From the IMG/VR virus record IMGVR_UViG_3300024503_000332: DNA of 64,000 nt; one strand, written 5' to 3'. Numbering within the stretch: the first letter of the stretch is position 1; each line of letters begins with the position of its first letter. Shown here piece after piece: positions 1-10,213 of this stretch. Source of the stretch: a virus. The notes beneath the pieces are model-generated. The model saw nothing but the letters and a program-made list of their open reading frames with translations, did no database searches and had not been told where the DNA came from. A program made the translations under genes and the position numbers.

Positions 1-216
1 GCCCATGCTGTGTAGAGCGCCGATAGTAACGACTAGAATGTCAACTAGCGCATCTGCTACTTCTACTTTATCAACATTATCGATCGCGACATTAAGCTCT
101 TTCCATTCTTCTTCTATGAGCTTAACGTAAAGATTGAACTGATCAACGTTCCAGGTATCTACAGTCTGATCACAGGCCCGCATAAACTTTTCTTGATCAC
201 GAAATGGATTAGTCAT
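1..216 (-). CDS. MazG-like / PRA-PH family NTP pyrophosphohydrolase (runs off window edge)
   Basis: Manual translation from ATG at 216: MTNPFRDQEKFMRACDQ...LIEEEWKEL...EVADALVDILVVTIGALHSMG, with the EExxE...ExxD acidic pattern of all-alpha NTP-PPases. Confidence 0.8.
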   Translation of the reverse strand, partial: MTNPFRDQEKFMRACDQTVDTWNVDQFNLYVKLIEEEWKELNVAIDNVDKVEVADALVDILVVTIGALHSMG

Positions 217-1009
217 TGGTTATTTTCCTATGTTTTTTATTGATATCTTCTACTCTGCCGAGTAGTTCCATGTCTACACCTAGATCAATAGCTTCTTCTT
301 GTATGGCAGCTATGTCTTTAGGAAAGCACATTCCTCCCCAGCCAAACTCACCGTCGGGCCCAGGAACATCTAGGTGTGTACGACCTATTCGGTCATCCCA
401 GATTGTCAACTCTTTGAGTTGATTAAAATCGATATCAGATGCTTGAGATAACTTATAAAACTCGTTCATAAAAGTTACCTTGGTAGCCAAATATGTATTC
501 ATCATGTACTTATACATGGCAGCGGTCTTGATATCTGTGATCAAAAACTTTTCATGAACTAACGGAACACCTGTTCGTATAATCTCACGTGCTTGCTCGC
601 ACCATGCCTTACCGCCACCTAATACAAAGTAGTCGCTATTTTGGTAGTCAGTGTTTGCATCAGCCGCAGTAATAAACTCTGGGCAGTGTACGATATTAGG
701 ATATTGTTTCCACAACTTTTCGTATACACTAGGCGGAGCAGTAGATTTACAAATGATAGGGATTTGTTTGTTGATAGTAACAAACAATAGTTCTTTGAGA
801 GTCTGTTCTAGAATAGTCGAGTCACAGTGACCATCATCAGTGCTAGGTGTAGGCACACAGACATAGACCGCATCGCAGGTATTAAACTGGTCCATGCTGG
901 CGCTATTTTCTAGTTTTGGATCTCTAATAATGAGGTCTTGACTGCGGTGTGCCCATGTAATGGCACCACCAACATGTCCAAAACCTATGATACCGATACG
1001 CAAAATCAA
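209..1009 (-). CDS. ugd: UDP-glucose/GDP-mannose dehydrogenase family protein
   Basis: GIIGFGHVG Rossmann motif; VCVPTP, KST, CPEF; catalytic GGMCFPKD. Confidence 0.9.
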   Translation of the reverse strand: MILRIGIIGFGHVGGAITWAHRSQDLIIRDPKLENSASMDQFNTCDAVYVCVPTPSTDDGHCDSTILEQTLKELLFVTINKQIPIICKSTAPPSVYEKLWKQYPNIVHCPEFITAADANTDYQNSDYFVLGGGKAWCEQAREIIRTGVPLVHEKFLITDIKTAAMYKYMMNTYLATKVTFMNEFYKLSQASDIDFNQLKELTIWDDRIGRTHLDVPGPDGEFGWGGMCFPKDIAAIQEEAIDLGVDMELLGRVEDINKKHRKITND

Positions 1010-1018
1010 ACCTTTCTA

Positions 1019-1258
1019 TTATGATTTTAGTATCTTTATTATACGCTTTTTTTCTTGTTCTGTCAACCAAGTCTGCTCTTGTTGTCCAAAATCTGGAGCA
1101 TCATTGAGTGCTTGGTCTACTATGTGCTTGATTAGATAGAGTTCTTTTTTACATTCAAAAGCGGCAAAACCATCATTATATGGACTGGCGCATTCTCTTG
1201 CGAGAGAATGTAACTGACTAGATATGTCAGCTACATCCCAAGATTTTTTGAAACCCAT
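1019..1258 (-). CDS. hypothetical protein
   Basis: 79-aa ORF whose start overlaps the groES stop. Confidence 0.7.
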   Translation of the reverse strand: MGFKKSWDVADISSQLHSLARECASPYNDGFAAFECKKELYLIKHIVDQALNDAPDFGQQEQTWLTEQEKKRIIKILKS

Positions 1259-1659
1259 TACCTAATAAAGTCTTCTGGACGTATAGTCGCAGTGGATCCG
1301 TGTCCAAACTCTTGTCCGATATAAAAATCATTTGGACGTTCGTTGGCAACAGCGATGATGCTGTCAACTTCAACTTTCTGAAACTCTTTAACACCCTCGC
1401 CGTCATCGATCTTAATCTTTCGAGTCCATCGACCGTGCTCGATAAGAATCCATTGTCCCACTTCTACATCAAGGTCGACCTTATCGCCTTTCTTGTAGAC
1501 CTGAGCCCAACGAGGTTTAACACCGTGTGCCTTACCGTCATCACTTTGGATGATAAGACCACCTGCGGTTTTCATCTCTCCCATATCCATATTAATGACT
1601 AATATGTCTTTTGGTAATGGACGTACTTTTATGTTCTTAACGCCGAATGCGCCACTCAT
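1258..1659 (-). CDS. groES: GroES-like co-chaperonin
   Basis: VRPLPKDILV...EMKTAGGLII mobile loop and VEVGQWIL, matching the Cpn10 pattern. Confidence 0.85.
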   Translation of the reverse strand: MSGAFGVKNIKVRPLPKDILVINMDMGEMKTAGGLIIQSDDGKAHGVKPRWAQVYKKGDKVDLDVEVGQWILIEHGRWTRKIKIDDGEGVKEFQKVEVDSIIAVANERPNDFYIGQEFGHGSTATIRPEDFIR

Positions 1660-1660
1660 A

Positions 1661-1885
1661 TTAGGCCCTTCTGCTAATAGATTTCTCGTCTACAGATTTT
1701 TGATTATTGGCATAATAATCCTGTAGAACCTGTTCGCGGGTGCGTACAACTTTGCCCCCGGGTCCTAGTTCATCGCCTCGAGCATTAACCTTGGCATTTC
1801 CTACAGCAGGTACAGTTTCGTTCTGGAGAGATAGTTTCTCCATGTCGATTTCTGAACCTCTGATACTGGTATAAGTTTTACCCAT
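1661..1885 (-). CDS. hypothetical protein
   Basis: 74-aa ORF with AGGAG SD and a VNARGDELGPGG motif. Confidence 0.7.
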   Translation of the reverse strand: MGKTYTSIRGSEIDMEKLSLQNETVPAVGNAKVNARGDELGPGGKVVRTREQVLQDYYANNQKSVDEKSISRRA

Positions 1886-1986
1886 TATTTTCTCCTTTTG
1901 AGATTTGTTTTTGGAGTCTTGCGACCCGCAAGAATTCTTTTTGCATTTCTGCTTGCAACACTTTTTGGACTTCTTCGTTTAGACAT
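1885..1986 (-). CDS. 33-aa highly basic peptide (not in ORF track)
   Basis: MSKRRSPKSVASRNAKRILAGRKTPKTNLKRRK*; GGGGG SD-like run; fills the gap exactly, with a TAATG overlap into the next gene. Confidence 0.6.
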   Translation of the reverse strand: MSKRRSPKSVASRNAKRILAGRKTPKTNLKRRK

Positions 1987-2454
1987 TTATACCCCCTTAA
2001 AGAACTCTTCTATTGGTAAGTTGTATTTAATACTATCTATCTTATGTATCCCTATCAAATAGAGTACATAACTGGCCACGGAACTACCTCGTCCTACACC
2101 CCAAACAATGTTGTTTTCTCTTAAAGTATCTACTATATATTTTATGACATGAAGTATATCATACATTCCGTTCTTGATAAACAGTTCTAGTTCTTGGCTT
2201 ACTCTATTCCGCTGTTCTTCGGTTTCACACATTCCATACAACATTTCCACTAGATTTGGACAATAGTCTTTGGGTATAAACCAATGACCTGTGTCTATAG
2301 TTTTTGGAGGGATTGGATAATCTAGATACTCGGATTGTAGACGAGAAAGGTATTGATTCAGATCATCGGAGCAATAGCAATGTTCCAGAATATCTGGACC
2401 ATATTTCATGATTCCTTTGATAAGTTGTTCTTGGGTGTTATTTTCAGTCCACAT
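1987..2454 (-). CDS. stand-alone fragment of DNA polymerase III alpha (DnaE)
   Basis: RVSQELELF...WGVGRGSSVASYVLYLIGIHKID matches the DnaE GxGRGSxAGSLVxYxLGITxVD motif; only 155 aa. Confidence 0.85.
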   Translation of the reverse strand: MWTENNTQEQLIKGIMKYGPDILEHCYCSDDLNQYLSRLQSEYLDYPIPPKTIDTGHWFIPKDYCPNLVEMLYGMCETEEQRNRVSQELELFIKNGMYDILHVIKYIVDTLRENNIVWGVGRGSSVASYVLYLIGIHKIDSIKYNLPIEEFFKGV

Positions 2455-2674
2455 TGATCAGTTGATCCAAATCGCCATCAAGTTGTTGTTTGTTACGTGC
2501 ATATCTAAGAGCGAGCTCATCTTTATATATTGTAACAAAAGTAGCGATCTGTGTCAAGAGTTCAAGTTTACCTAACCGTGCCGCAGCATAGTATTTTTTA
2601 TTGAGCTCTATGACCTTGTCTTCGATTTCTTGATCTTTGAGCTCTGAAAGATCTTTTGAAAGAGGATGGAACAT
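2444..2674 (-). CDS. hypothetical protein
   Basis: 76-aa ORF overlapping both neighbours. Confidence 0.7.
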   Translation of the reverse strand: MFHPLSKDLSELKDQEIEDKVIELNKKYYAAARLGKLELLTQIATFVTIYKDELALRYARNKQQLDGDLDQLINVD

Positions 2675-3300
2675 TAACTGAATTGGCCCACGTATCTCAT
2701 GAAGAACTCGGACTCTCTCCTACGCCAAATTTCTACGATAGTTGCTGTAGATGTAGATGTTGGTAGAGCGACTGGCTGTTGGCTGTTTCCGATCTTAGAA
2801 AGAGGAAACCCATTGGCCTTAATAACTGCTATTCCTGAAGTTTGGAATGTAGCTGTCCTTGCCGATCCATCGCTGTAGAGTTCTAAGGTAACTTTGCCCA
2901 TACCACCGGCGGTATCGGATAGTCCTGGGTCACCTGGAAACGAGCTAAAGGTAAAAGTAATATCCGCGCCGAGTCTAATAACCTGATAGTTTCCTTGGAT
3001 GTAATCGATCGATTGGGGTGTAGCTGTTAGAGGGTTACTAAAATCCCAAACAACATTTCTATTATTCTGCAACATAGCTTTAGTGATGTAGGAAAACCCT
3101 AGATCGTTCGTTGCTGGCGTTGTGCCTCCTAGTGCAGAGTTTAAAACAGACTTGCTTTGTAGTGCTGTTATTTCGCTGGCTGCGGCCTGGAAGTTTGTTT
3201 TGATACTAGAAAAGTTATCTCTAAAAGTCTGTGTATCATTATCCTGCCCTGCTACAGGATAGTTTTCGTTTATTGTTAGATAGTTTATATTGCTCGTCAC
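2674..3300 (-). CDS. virion structural protein (baseplate/tail)
   Basis: INENYPVAGQDNDTQTFRDNFSSIKTNF N-terminus; lies in the tail block. Confidence 0.65.
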   Translation of the reverse strand: MTSNINYLTINENYPVAGQDNDTQTFRDNFSSIKTNFQAAASEITALQSKSVLNSALGGTTPATNDLGFSYITKAMLQNNRNVVWDFSNPLTATPQSIDYIQGNYQVIRLGADITFTFSSFPGDPGLSDTAGGMGKVTLELYSDGSARTATFQTSGIAVIKANGFPLSKIGNSQQPVALPTSTSTATIVEIWRRRESEFFMRYVGQFS

Positions 3301-5894
3301 GGTAATTTTTCTCCACGTTGCGGAAATGCTAGATATTTATCCTCTATAGTTCCGTCGATAATATCTATGATGTAGCGATCTGCTACGAAGTCAAATACTT
3401 TGAAATCGAAGTTTTCATCGCGGATTTTGGCTTTGATTCTAGAAATGATGTATTGAGCTTTGTCTGGTTTTGCATAGCATAACACTAATGCTTTGATATA
3501 TCCGGGCTCATAGTTCTGTTCGTCTTGTATGCTTCTCATCCATAAAGGCAGGAACTCGCGATCTCTTTCGCCTACAGTGGATATCCTTTTCCTCATATTT
3601 TTTATGCTGTTAGGAAATATTCTTTGATGATCTGCATCACTGACTAAGGGAATATCACTGTCTATTTTTATAGAATCGTAGCTTATCAACACTTTGCTAT
3701 TGATCTTGTCTGGTAGCTGCACAGTTTGACTGATACTTTTACCGTTCTTTTCTAGGTCATCTTTTATTTCTACGTATACTACTTCGTAGACGGTGTTCTG
3801 TGTTAACGGATCTTTAGCTTTGGCATATTTTAAATCACCAAACTTTAATCTCTTATTATAGTGATTCCTGCTCATAGCCTGGACATATTTTATAGCTTCA
3901 GTGCTTTCTATTCCTGCAAAGACTAGCATCTTTAGCTCAGTCTGAACACTGAAGTTAACGTCACCGTATCTATAAAGATCGTCTGCTCGGAATATGTTAG
4001 CATCGGTAATAAAGTTAAACCATTCTAATCTCTTGTTTTTGCTCTGGAAGGCTTTTACATAGAGGTTGGCAAAAGTTTTAGTAGTTTCAGCAACTACAGT
4101 AATGCTAAAGTCCTTGAAGCTTTCAGTAAAGTTTACAGAATCTCTGGCCTTAACTGTAAAGGTATACTTTTTATCAAAGCTGGTAGTTTCACCATCAAAT
4201 GTTATATTAAACTCTCGAGTACTACCGTTTAGATCAAAAAATCTTGTTAATCCGGGAGAGTTTACATCAGCAAACTGTTTGACCTTTCCAATAATATTAC
4301 CATTGCTGGTAAAACTGAGTCCTGGAGGCAAGTTGCCATTGACCAGTTCGTAGATCACACTTCCGCCATAGAGTAAACTCTTGGCTTCTACTGATTTAGT
4401 ACTTGGTTGATTGGGTTTGATAGATCCTAGATCAGATCCGCTAATCCAAGAGATACCACTTTCTATCTCTCCGATGATATCTATGGTAAAGGTTTTTTCA
4501 GTATCTGAAACTGTGCTATACCAATAGGTAGTATCGATAGGTAATATATTTTTACAGATTTTAATACAGATATAGATAGTATTATCGTATCTAACTGCAT
4601 CGCCGACCTGATATATAGTTGTTGATGACCAGTCTCCTCTCAACGTGTAATCGGTTGTATAAGGGTTATCATCAAAACTTACCGCGTCAATAGTGAACTT
4701 GAAGTTTCTTGTCACTCTTGCCTGGTACGGAATGCGGCCAGCTATCTCACCAGTGATCTGATCTAGTTCAAGCCCTGGCGGCAGGTCGGATGCTGTTTCG
4801 GGAGTTATAACATCCCAATCGCCTGCTTGTGTGAGTCTATTAAGTTGTTTTTCTGCTAAAGGAAAACGTGGCATATTGCCTGATATTTCCCATCGTCCGA
4901 AATAATAATATTCGTCAGTGTACTTAGATTTATAAGTTCCTGGATTAGTTTTTAGGAAGTAACTGATATAACCGTTTAATGAACTAGGGTGATATACTTC
5001 TAAAAATATAGTAAGGTAGTTGTTGGCTCTATGTCGTCCCAGATAGCTTTCAGTGATCCATATAGGAAATCTACGTCCGTCTGAGCTAGCTTGGAAAAGA
5101 TTAGTGTCAACCTGTAGGAGTGTGTTGTCTGCTTTTAAGAACTCTTCGGATACTACATATATCTTGAAAACTCTGGTAACAGTATTGATACCATCAGTGA
5201 CTGCAATAGCAAAGGTATAGATTCTACTTAGTTTCTTAGGATCTCTGCTAACAAGACTATAATCGTAGATAGTATCGTCGTAGAGATAAGAATCGTAGCC
5301 TCTTGACTTAGCATCGCTAAAATCTAAAGGAATATTGTCATAGGGATATGTGTCGTATGCTCCCGAAGTTAACGCATTGTATTCTACAGAAAATACTGGA
5401 TCAGTGAATCCAAATATACGTCCATCTTCACTTAGAGATAGGCCGGGAGGCAGAGAACCGCCTGTAGGCACGAGATAATATTTCAACACATCACCAGCTA
5501 TAGTATCTGGGTCAGTTACTTCGAGTTGAAAATCTACTTTAGCATTATCTAAAATAAAGTAAGCATTATCGGGACCTACATTTAAGAATCCTTCTTTGGT
5601 TACCCATGACGGTACATCTGATCCGTCAATGCTTAAACTGAATGTTCTATCTTCAAGGTCTACCCCGTCAGAAGCACGTATAACAAATCTACTGATCGCT
5701 AACTTGTTAACTTCAGAAGGACTACCTACTATGAGATTATTTTTTAATCTAAGACCTCTGGGAAGTTTTCCAGAAATAAGACTAAAGGTTACAGGATTAG
5801 AAGTCGTAGAAGAAGCTAGCAAAGGAATACTGATGGTTATCCTTTCTGTTAGTAGTCCTAAACTTCCTGCCGGTGTGGCCCAAGTTAATGCCAT
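3297..5894 (-). CDS. baseplate-associated structural protein with putative Ig-like repeats
   Basis: Repeated G.LP.GL.L..G.I.G (He_PIG-like) units; WSSTTIYQVGDAVRY carbohydrate-binding-like insert. Confidence 0.7.
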   Translation of the reverse strand: MALTWATPAGSLGLLTERITISIPLLASSTTSNPVTFSLISGKLPRGLRLKNNLIVGSPSEVNKLAISRFVIRASDGVDLEDRTFSLSIDGSDVPSWVTKEGFLNVGPDNAYFILDNAKVDFQLEVTDPDTIAGDVLKYYLVPTGGSLPPGLSLSEDGRIFGFTDPVFSVEYNALTSGAYDTYPYDNIPLDFSDAKSRGYDSYLYDDTIYDYSLVSRDPKKLSRIYTFAIAVTDGINTVTRVFKIYVVSEEFLKADNTLLQVDTNLFQASSDGRRFPIWITESYLGRHRANNYLTIFLEVYHPSSLNGYISYFLKTNPGTYKSKYTDEYYYFGRWEISGNMPRFPLAEKQLNRLTQAGDWDVITPETASDLPPGLELDQITGEIAGRIPYQARVTRNFKFTIDAVSFDDNPYTTDYTLRGDWSSTTIYQVGDAVRYDNTIYICIKICKNILPIDTTYWYSTVSDTEKTFTIDIIGEIESGISWISGSDLGSIKPNQPSTKSVEAKSLLYGGSVIYELVNGNLPPGLSFTSNGNIIGKVKQFADVNSPGLTRFFDLNGSTREFNITFDGETTSFDKKYTFTVKARDSVNFTESFKDFSITVVAETTKTFANLYVKAFQSKNKRLEWFNFITDANIFRADDLYRYGDVNFSVQTELKMLVFAGIESTEAIKYVQAMSRNHYNKRLKFGDLKYAKAKDPLTQNTVYEVVYVEIKDDLEKNGKSISQTVQLPDKINSKVLISYDSIKIDSDIPLVSDADHQRIFPNSIKNMRKRISTVGERDREFLPLWMRSIQDEQNYEPGYIKALVLCYAKPDKAQYIISRIKAKIRDENFDFKVFDFVADRYIIDIIDGTIEDKYLAFPQRGEKLP

Positions 5895-5903
5895 GCCTAC
5901 TCC

Positions 5904-6458
5904 TTATTGGATCGAACCAAGGTCTAGACTTACAGAGGATGGGTTAGTTATAGTACCAAAGTCGATGTTTGTAAACGCTAATGCTAACTGTTCAGTGTAC
6001 TGGAATGAAGAACCTATAGGACCGAAATCAAACGTAGTCATGATCTTTGTAACAGGTAGTATGGTGTTGACCGTAATAACAGTACCTAGAGAAGTGACAT
6101 CAACATCATCACCGCCTTGTAGTGTGATACGACCGTTGTTTCCATCAGTGGCCTGTACATAACCTGAGTTAGTTTCGATCCTTGTCAGAGCAGCGTCGGC
6201 ATCGTTGTTGATTACTACAGAAGTTAGTGTATCATCTAATGATACTTTTCTTCCAGCTACTATATTTTTAAACTCTAGATTAGATCCATTTTTTTGCTTA
6301 AACAACCCTACTCCAGTAGTTCCTATGTTTAGGCCAGTAACCGCTAGCTCGGAGTTTAATGCAGTAAAGTTAGAGTTGACTTTTTGGAAGGCAGTGCGTA
6401 GATCATCACCTAGACCATCATTGACTACATTACCGATATTGATTGTTTGTATAGACAT
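5904..6458 (-). CDS. baseplate/tail fibre protein (gp9/gp10-like N-terminus)
   Basis: INIGNVVNDGLGDDLRTAFQKVNSNF motif. Confidence 0.7.
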   Translation of the reverse strand: MSIQTINIGNVVNDGLGDDLRTAFQKVNSNFTALNSELAVTGLNIGTTGVGLFKQKNGSNLEFKNIVAGRKVSLDDTLTSVVINNDADAALTRIETNSGYVQATDGNNGRITLQGGDDVDVTSLGTVITVNTILPVTKIMTTFDFGPIGSSFQYTEQLALAFTNIDFGTITNPSSVSLDLGSIQ

Positions 6459-6481
6459 AGTTTGCGCTCTCTTTTACATAT

Positions 6482-9400
6482 TTACCAGGAGCCGTTACTC
6501 CAAGCCACACGCTTCCAGATATCACCGCCCGGACTGACGAATGTAAAGGTGTTGGTTAAAGTGAAAGTTACGTTGTTGCTAAAATTCAGTCCTGTTTGTG
6601 TTCCGTTGTTTAGGTTTTGGTCCACATTTGTCACTGTTACTGATGCGCTCTGACCTGGAACCACCAAAGTCCACCCTAGGATGTCAGTGTTGATTTTGTT
6701 GAAACCATAGTTGACGCCGAAATCAAAGTGGTCGTGGTTGCTGCCAGTAGTGCCTACCACATTAAGCATTTCAAAGTTCTGTACGCAGTAATAGATGTAA
6801 TCACCGTCGAAGGCCATCATACCAATGCGGTCTCCCTCGGCACCATAGCTGTGTGCGGGCGGAATGGCCTTGACATTTAGATAGCCACCGCCGGGGAATC
6901 TCAGCATACCATAGTTTTTAAACTCCCAGGTGTGGGTATAGATATTTGAGTAATCATAGGTTCCTGTAGGTGCTATACTGCCCAATGGTGGGTTGGTGTC
7001 CCACTGTTCATATGGTGTGTTCAACGGTCCTGTGTTGACATACAGTGCTTGATTAAATCCAGGAACCCAAATCCCATATCCGTTATCGTACTGTATGTAC
7101 GGATCGGTAGCAGGGTTATAACCAGCGGGAATCCAAGCATTAGGATCGCTGATAGATTGAGTGTAGGTTAGATTCACCGCGACGAAGTCAGCGCCGAGGA
7201 TGGTTATGTGTGTGGGAGGCGCAGTTGGATTTTCGTTCGTCTCTATCGCGAGGCCGTGTGTGTTGTCGGACTTGATCTTGTCATCAGGGAACTTGGTCCT
7301 GCCATCGCTGGTAAAGGTCCAGTTGTAGTGATTGTTTCTAAGCAAATCGTGTGTGTAGAAATCTACCACTCCAGTGAGATCATTCTGGCCACTGCCATAG
7401 ACCATTATAGAAGATAACTCTGTGCCTCTATTGCTGACATTGCTGGAAACGCTGGCTATCGAGATCGGACTTTGTTGATCTGTGGTGTTAGTGATGCCAG
7501 TCCAGCCCATACCATAGGTGCCTATCTTGGTATGGTTAGGCAACAGCAAGCTGCCGTCGTTGCCAAAGACCCATTCTGCGCTACGATTACTATTGGCATC
7601 AGGAATGTTTACCTGCCAGATGCTGGCATAGTCTGCGGGGACTTGATTATTGACCCTTCCAGATATCCTAGCTCTAGATGGATTTTCTGGATCGCCTTGT
7701 GCTATGGTCTGGAATGCTTGGCTGACATAACCTATGATATCTGCTCGTCCTGCACCTACCTTGTTGTAGGTGAACTCGATCTTGGCGCCTATTGATAGGC
7801 CTAACAGCGTACCTCCCAGTTCACCATTAGGATCTGTGAAGATGTTGACTTCTATCTCACTCTGATTTCTCTGTGATAGACCCGGTATCAGCACGTTAGG
7901 GCTGGTCAAGGTCACTTCATTGCTGAAATCCTGTCCATTGGTATAAACGTGTGATACCTGTTCTCTGGATGAGTAGATGACCACGCGGTCTCCGCTGTTG
8001 GGTTGACCTTGTTGTCCTTCGCTGCCTTCTACTCTTATGTGCGATCCATAGCTGCCGTAACCAAAGCCCAAGGCCGCACCTTTCTTCCTGCTTAGGGGTC
8101 TTAGATGCGTGTCGTTGTCAAAGCTGTAGTACAGCTCTAATCCATAATCCTCACTCCAGGCAAAGTCTTGATCTGCTTTAAGGATGAGGCTGTTTTCTAC
8201 GCCATAGATCCTGCCTGTGTTGTTGGATATCTCTATGCGATTGTCTACTAGTCTTAGCTGTATGTTATCGCCGTTTGTGATCTGCGATTTATTTAGGTAT
8301 CTACACACAGTGGTTATGTAGGAACCCACATAGTTTATGTCAGCGATATCTGCTAGATTGATCCTAGTCGTGTTATATGTGGTAGTGGTATCTAAGGATC
8401 CTGATATAGCTCTGTAGACACCTGGAGCGTCCTGTAACAGTCTGACCATCACCGTGACATTAGGACCTGCGAGACCGTCGACTTCATTGAAGAAATCTAA
8501 GCCGCGTACTTCTACCCAGTATTCTTCCGTTTCAGTGTCACGATGATAAGCAGTGATCACATATCTGCTGGGGTTGGTATTATAGATATAAGATAGGCCA
8601 CCGCCACCGCCACCTAGCACACTTGTGCCATCGCTATTGACGATATCTCCACCTGAGGGTAGCTGTAGCTTACCGTCATTCTTAAACTGCCATTGACTGG
8701 CTCCAGCATTTATCAAAACTTTGCCATAATAGCTGAGCCCTCCAGCCGATTGTCCGCCTGTGATAGTGACATCGCCGCCTGGTCCGTCTGTGCCATAGCC
8801 GCCAGCGAGGCTGATATAACCTCCAGTTGTTCCCTGGCCACCTTGACTTTGAATATATCCGCCGGTGCCGATGTTGACATCGCCGCCCTTTTGATAAATG
8901 TAGCCTGGTGTTCCTGAACCTTGCACATCACCGGCTTCTACTCGAATATAGCCACCCTGCCCATCGCCAGGGCCATAGCCGCCACGTATCTTGATATCGC
9001 CACCATTGCCGTTGGTATCACCGCCGCGGCCTGCCCATAAGTAGATGTCGCCACCTTCACCGCCGGTGCCGTCTTGGCCTTTACCAGGATTGATTACCAG
9101 TCGTTGTGCATTGTAACTGGTGGCGTCGGGTGTGGTGATAATAGCTTCTTGTTGGCCGTCACCTATGTTTAGAGTATATCCTGTGATTGTACCGTTGGCA
9201 GTGTCACCGCGAGCCACTGAAATGAAAGGCAACACAGTCTGGCCATTGGCTTTGAAAAGCCAGTTGTTGCCAGTGTAAAGTCCTATACCGCTGCCAGCTG
9301 TGCTGTAGATCTGCACAGGCTGTGTGGACGCATTGGCTGAACCAGGTAGAGTTATACCAGTAGAGCCTTCTATGGCAGGATCGATGCGTATGCCCACTGT

Positions 9401-10201
9401 GCCGCCGACGCCGTTGCCACTGAACTCACCTATGGTCCATTCGCCGTCTAACCAGGCACCTATATTGCCCATACCAAAACGCTGTTCGTTTATAGGCCAA
9501 CCATCTCCGCTGTTATCTGGGAATGTCAATGTTCCGTCTGTGCCAAATGTCCAAGTATTGATTCCTGGTCCAAATGTCGCTGTCTTAGGTCCATCGGAAA
9601 ATCCAGTGATTACATTTTGATTAAAAGTGAACACCCAATAGCCAGCGCCAGTGTCGTGTATGACAGTCTGTACTGTGGCAGTGACTGGTGTACCCCACGC
9701 TGTCCTCACCGTAGCACCTGCTGTAACAGTCGTGCCCAATGTTGGGTAATCGCTGTCTAACACAAACAGGCGCCAAACGCCAGGACCAAAAGTGTCTGCA
9801 GCAAATATTGTAACACTCTGTACCAGTGGATGAGATCCCACGGTAATGTCTATGGCAGAGTTACTTTGTAAGTTGCTGCCGCTGCCACCTTGTACTGGAT
9901 CGCCATCTACTGTAAGATTGCCATTACCATCTAAGCTGATAGGAACATTGTTGATGTAGAGTGTGTTAAGACCCACGTACATGCTACGCCATTGGCGTGT
10001 AGGACTTCCAATATCATAGGTATTGTTAGTCTTAGGTAAAAGATGTGTATCTACGTTTGATGGATCAAATATTGTTCCATCAGCTGCCAATGTGCTGTAC
10101 AGTTCATTAAAGTTTGAGTTGACTTTGTTAAAGGCCGTCCTTAGGTTATCGCCTGTGCGATCGTTAGCGGTTTGTCCTATGTTGATTGTTTGTTTTGCCA
10201 T
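6482..10201 (-). CDS. tail fibre protein (mosaic, 1239 aa)
   Basis: INIGQTANDRTGDNLRTAFNKVNSNF N-terminus; Gly-rich repeats; recurrent W.F..DG...P motifs; C-terminal YIYYC...IWKRVAW. Confidence 0.75.
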   Translation of the reverse strand: MAKQTINIGQTANDRTGDNLRTAFNKVNSNFNELYSTLAADGTIFDPSNVDTHLLPKTNNTYDIGSPTRQWRSMYVGLNTLYINNVPISLDGNGNLTVDGDPVQGGSGSNLQSNSAIDITVGSHPLVQSVTIFAADTFGPGVWRLFVLDSDYPTLGTTVTAGATVRTAWGTPVTATVQTVIHDTGAGYWVFTFNQNVITGFSDGPKTATFGPGINTWTFGTDGTLTFPDNSGDGWPINEQRFGMGNIGAWLDGEWTIGEFSGNGVGGTVGIRIDPAIEGSTGITLPGSANASTQPVQIYSTAGSGIGLYTGNNWLFKANGQTVLPFISVARGDTANGTITGYTLNIGDGQQEAIITTPDATSYNAQRLVINPGKGQDGTGGEGGDIYLWAGRGGDTNGNGGDIKIRGGYGPGDGQGGYIRVEAGDVQGSGTPGYIYQKGGDVNIGTGGYIQSQGGQGTTGGYISLAGGYGTDGPGGDVTITGGQSAGGLSYYGKVLINAGASQWQFKNDGKLQLPSGGDIVNSDGTSVLGGGGGGLSYIYNTNPSRYVITAYHRDTETEEYWVEVRGLDFFNEVDGLAGPNVTVMVRLLQDAPGVYRAISGSLDTTTTYNTTRINLADIADINYVGSYITTVCRYLNKSQITNGDNIQLRLVDNRIEISNNTGRIYGVENSLILKADQDFAWSEDYGLELYYSFDNDTHLRPLSRKKGAALGFGYGSYGSHIRVEGSEGQQGQPNSGDRVVIYSSREQVSHVYTNGQDFSNEVTLTSPNVLIPGLSQRNQSEIEVNIFTDPNGELGGTLLGLSIGAKIEFTYNKVGAGRADIIGYVSQAFQTIAQGDPENPSRARISGRVNNQVPADYASIWQVNIPDANSNRSAEWVFGNDGSLLLPNHTKIGTYGMGWTGITNTTDQQSPISIASVSSNVSNRGTELSSIMVYGSGQNDLTGVVDFYTHDLLRNNHYNWTFTSDGRTKFPDDKIKSDNTHGLAIETNENPTAPPTHITILGADFVAVNLTYTQSISDPNAWIPAGYNPATDPYIQYDNGYGIWVPGFNQALYVNTGPLNTPYEQWDTNPPLGSIAPTGTYDYSNIYTHTWEFKNYGMLRFPGGGYLNVKAIPPAHSYGAEGDRIGMMAFDGDYIYYCVQNFEMLNVVGTTGSNHDHFDFGVNYGFNKINTDILGWTLVVPGQSASVTVTNVDQNLNNGTQTGLNFSNNVTFTLTNTFTFVSPGGDIWKRVAWSNGSW

Positions 10202-10213
10202 TTATCGCTCCGA

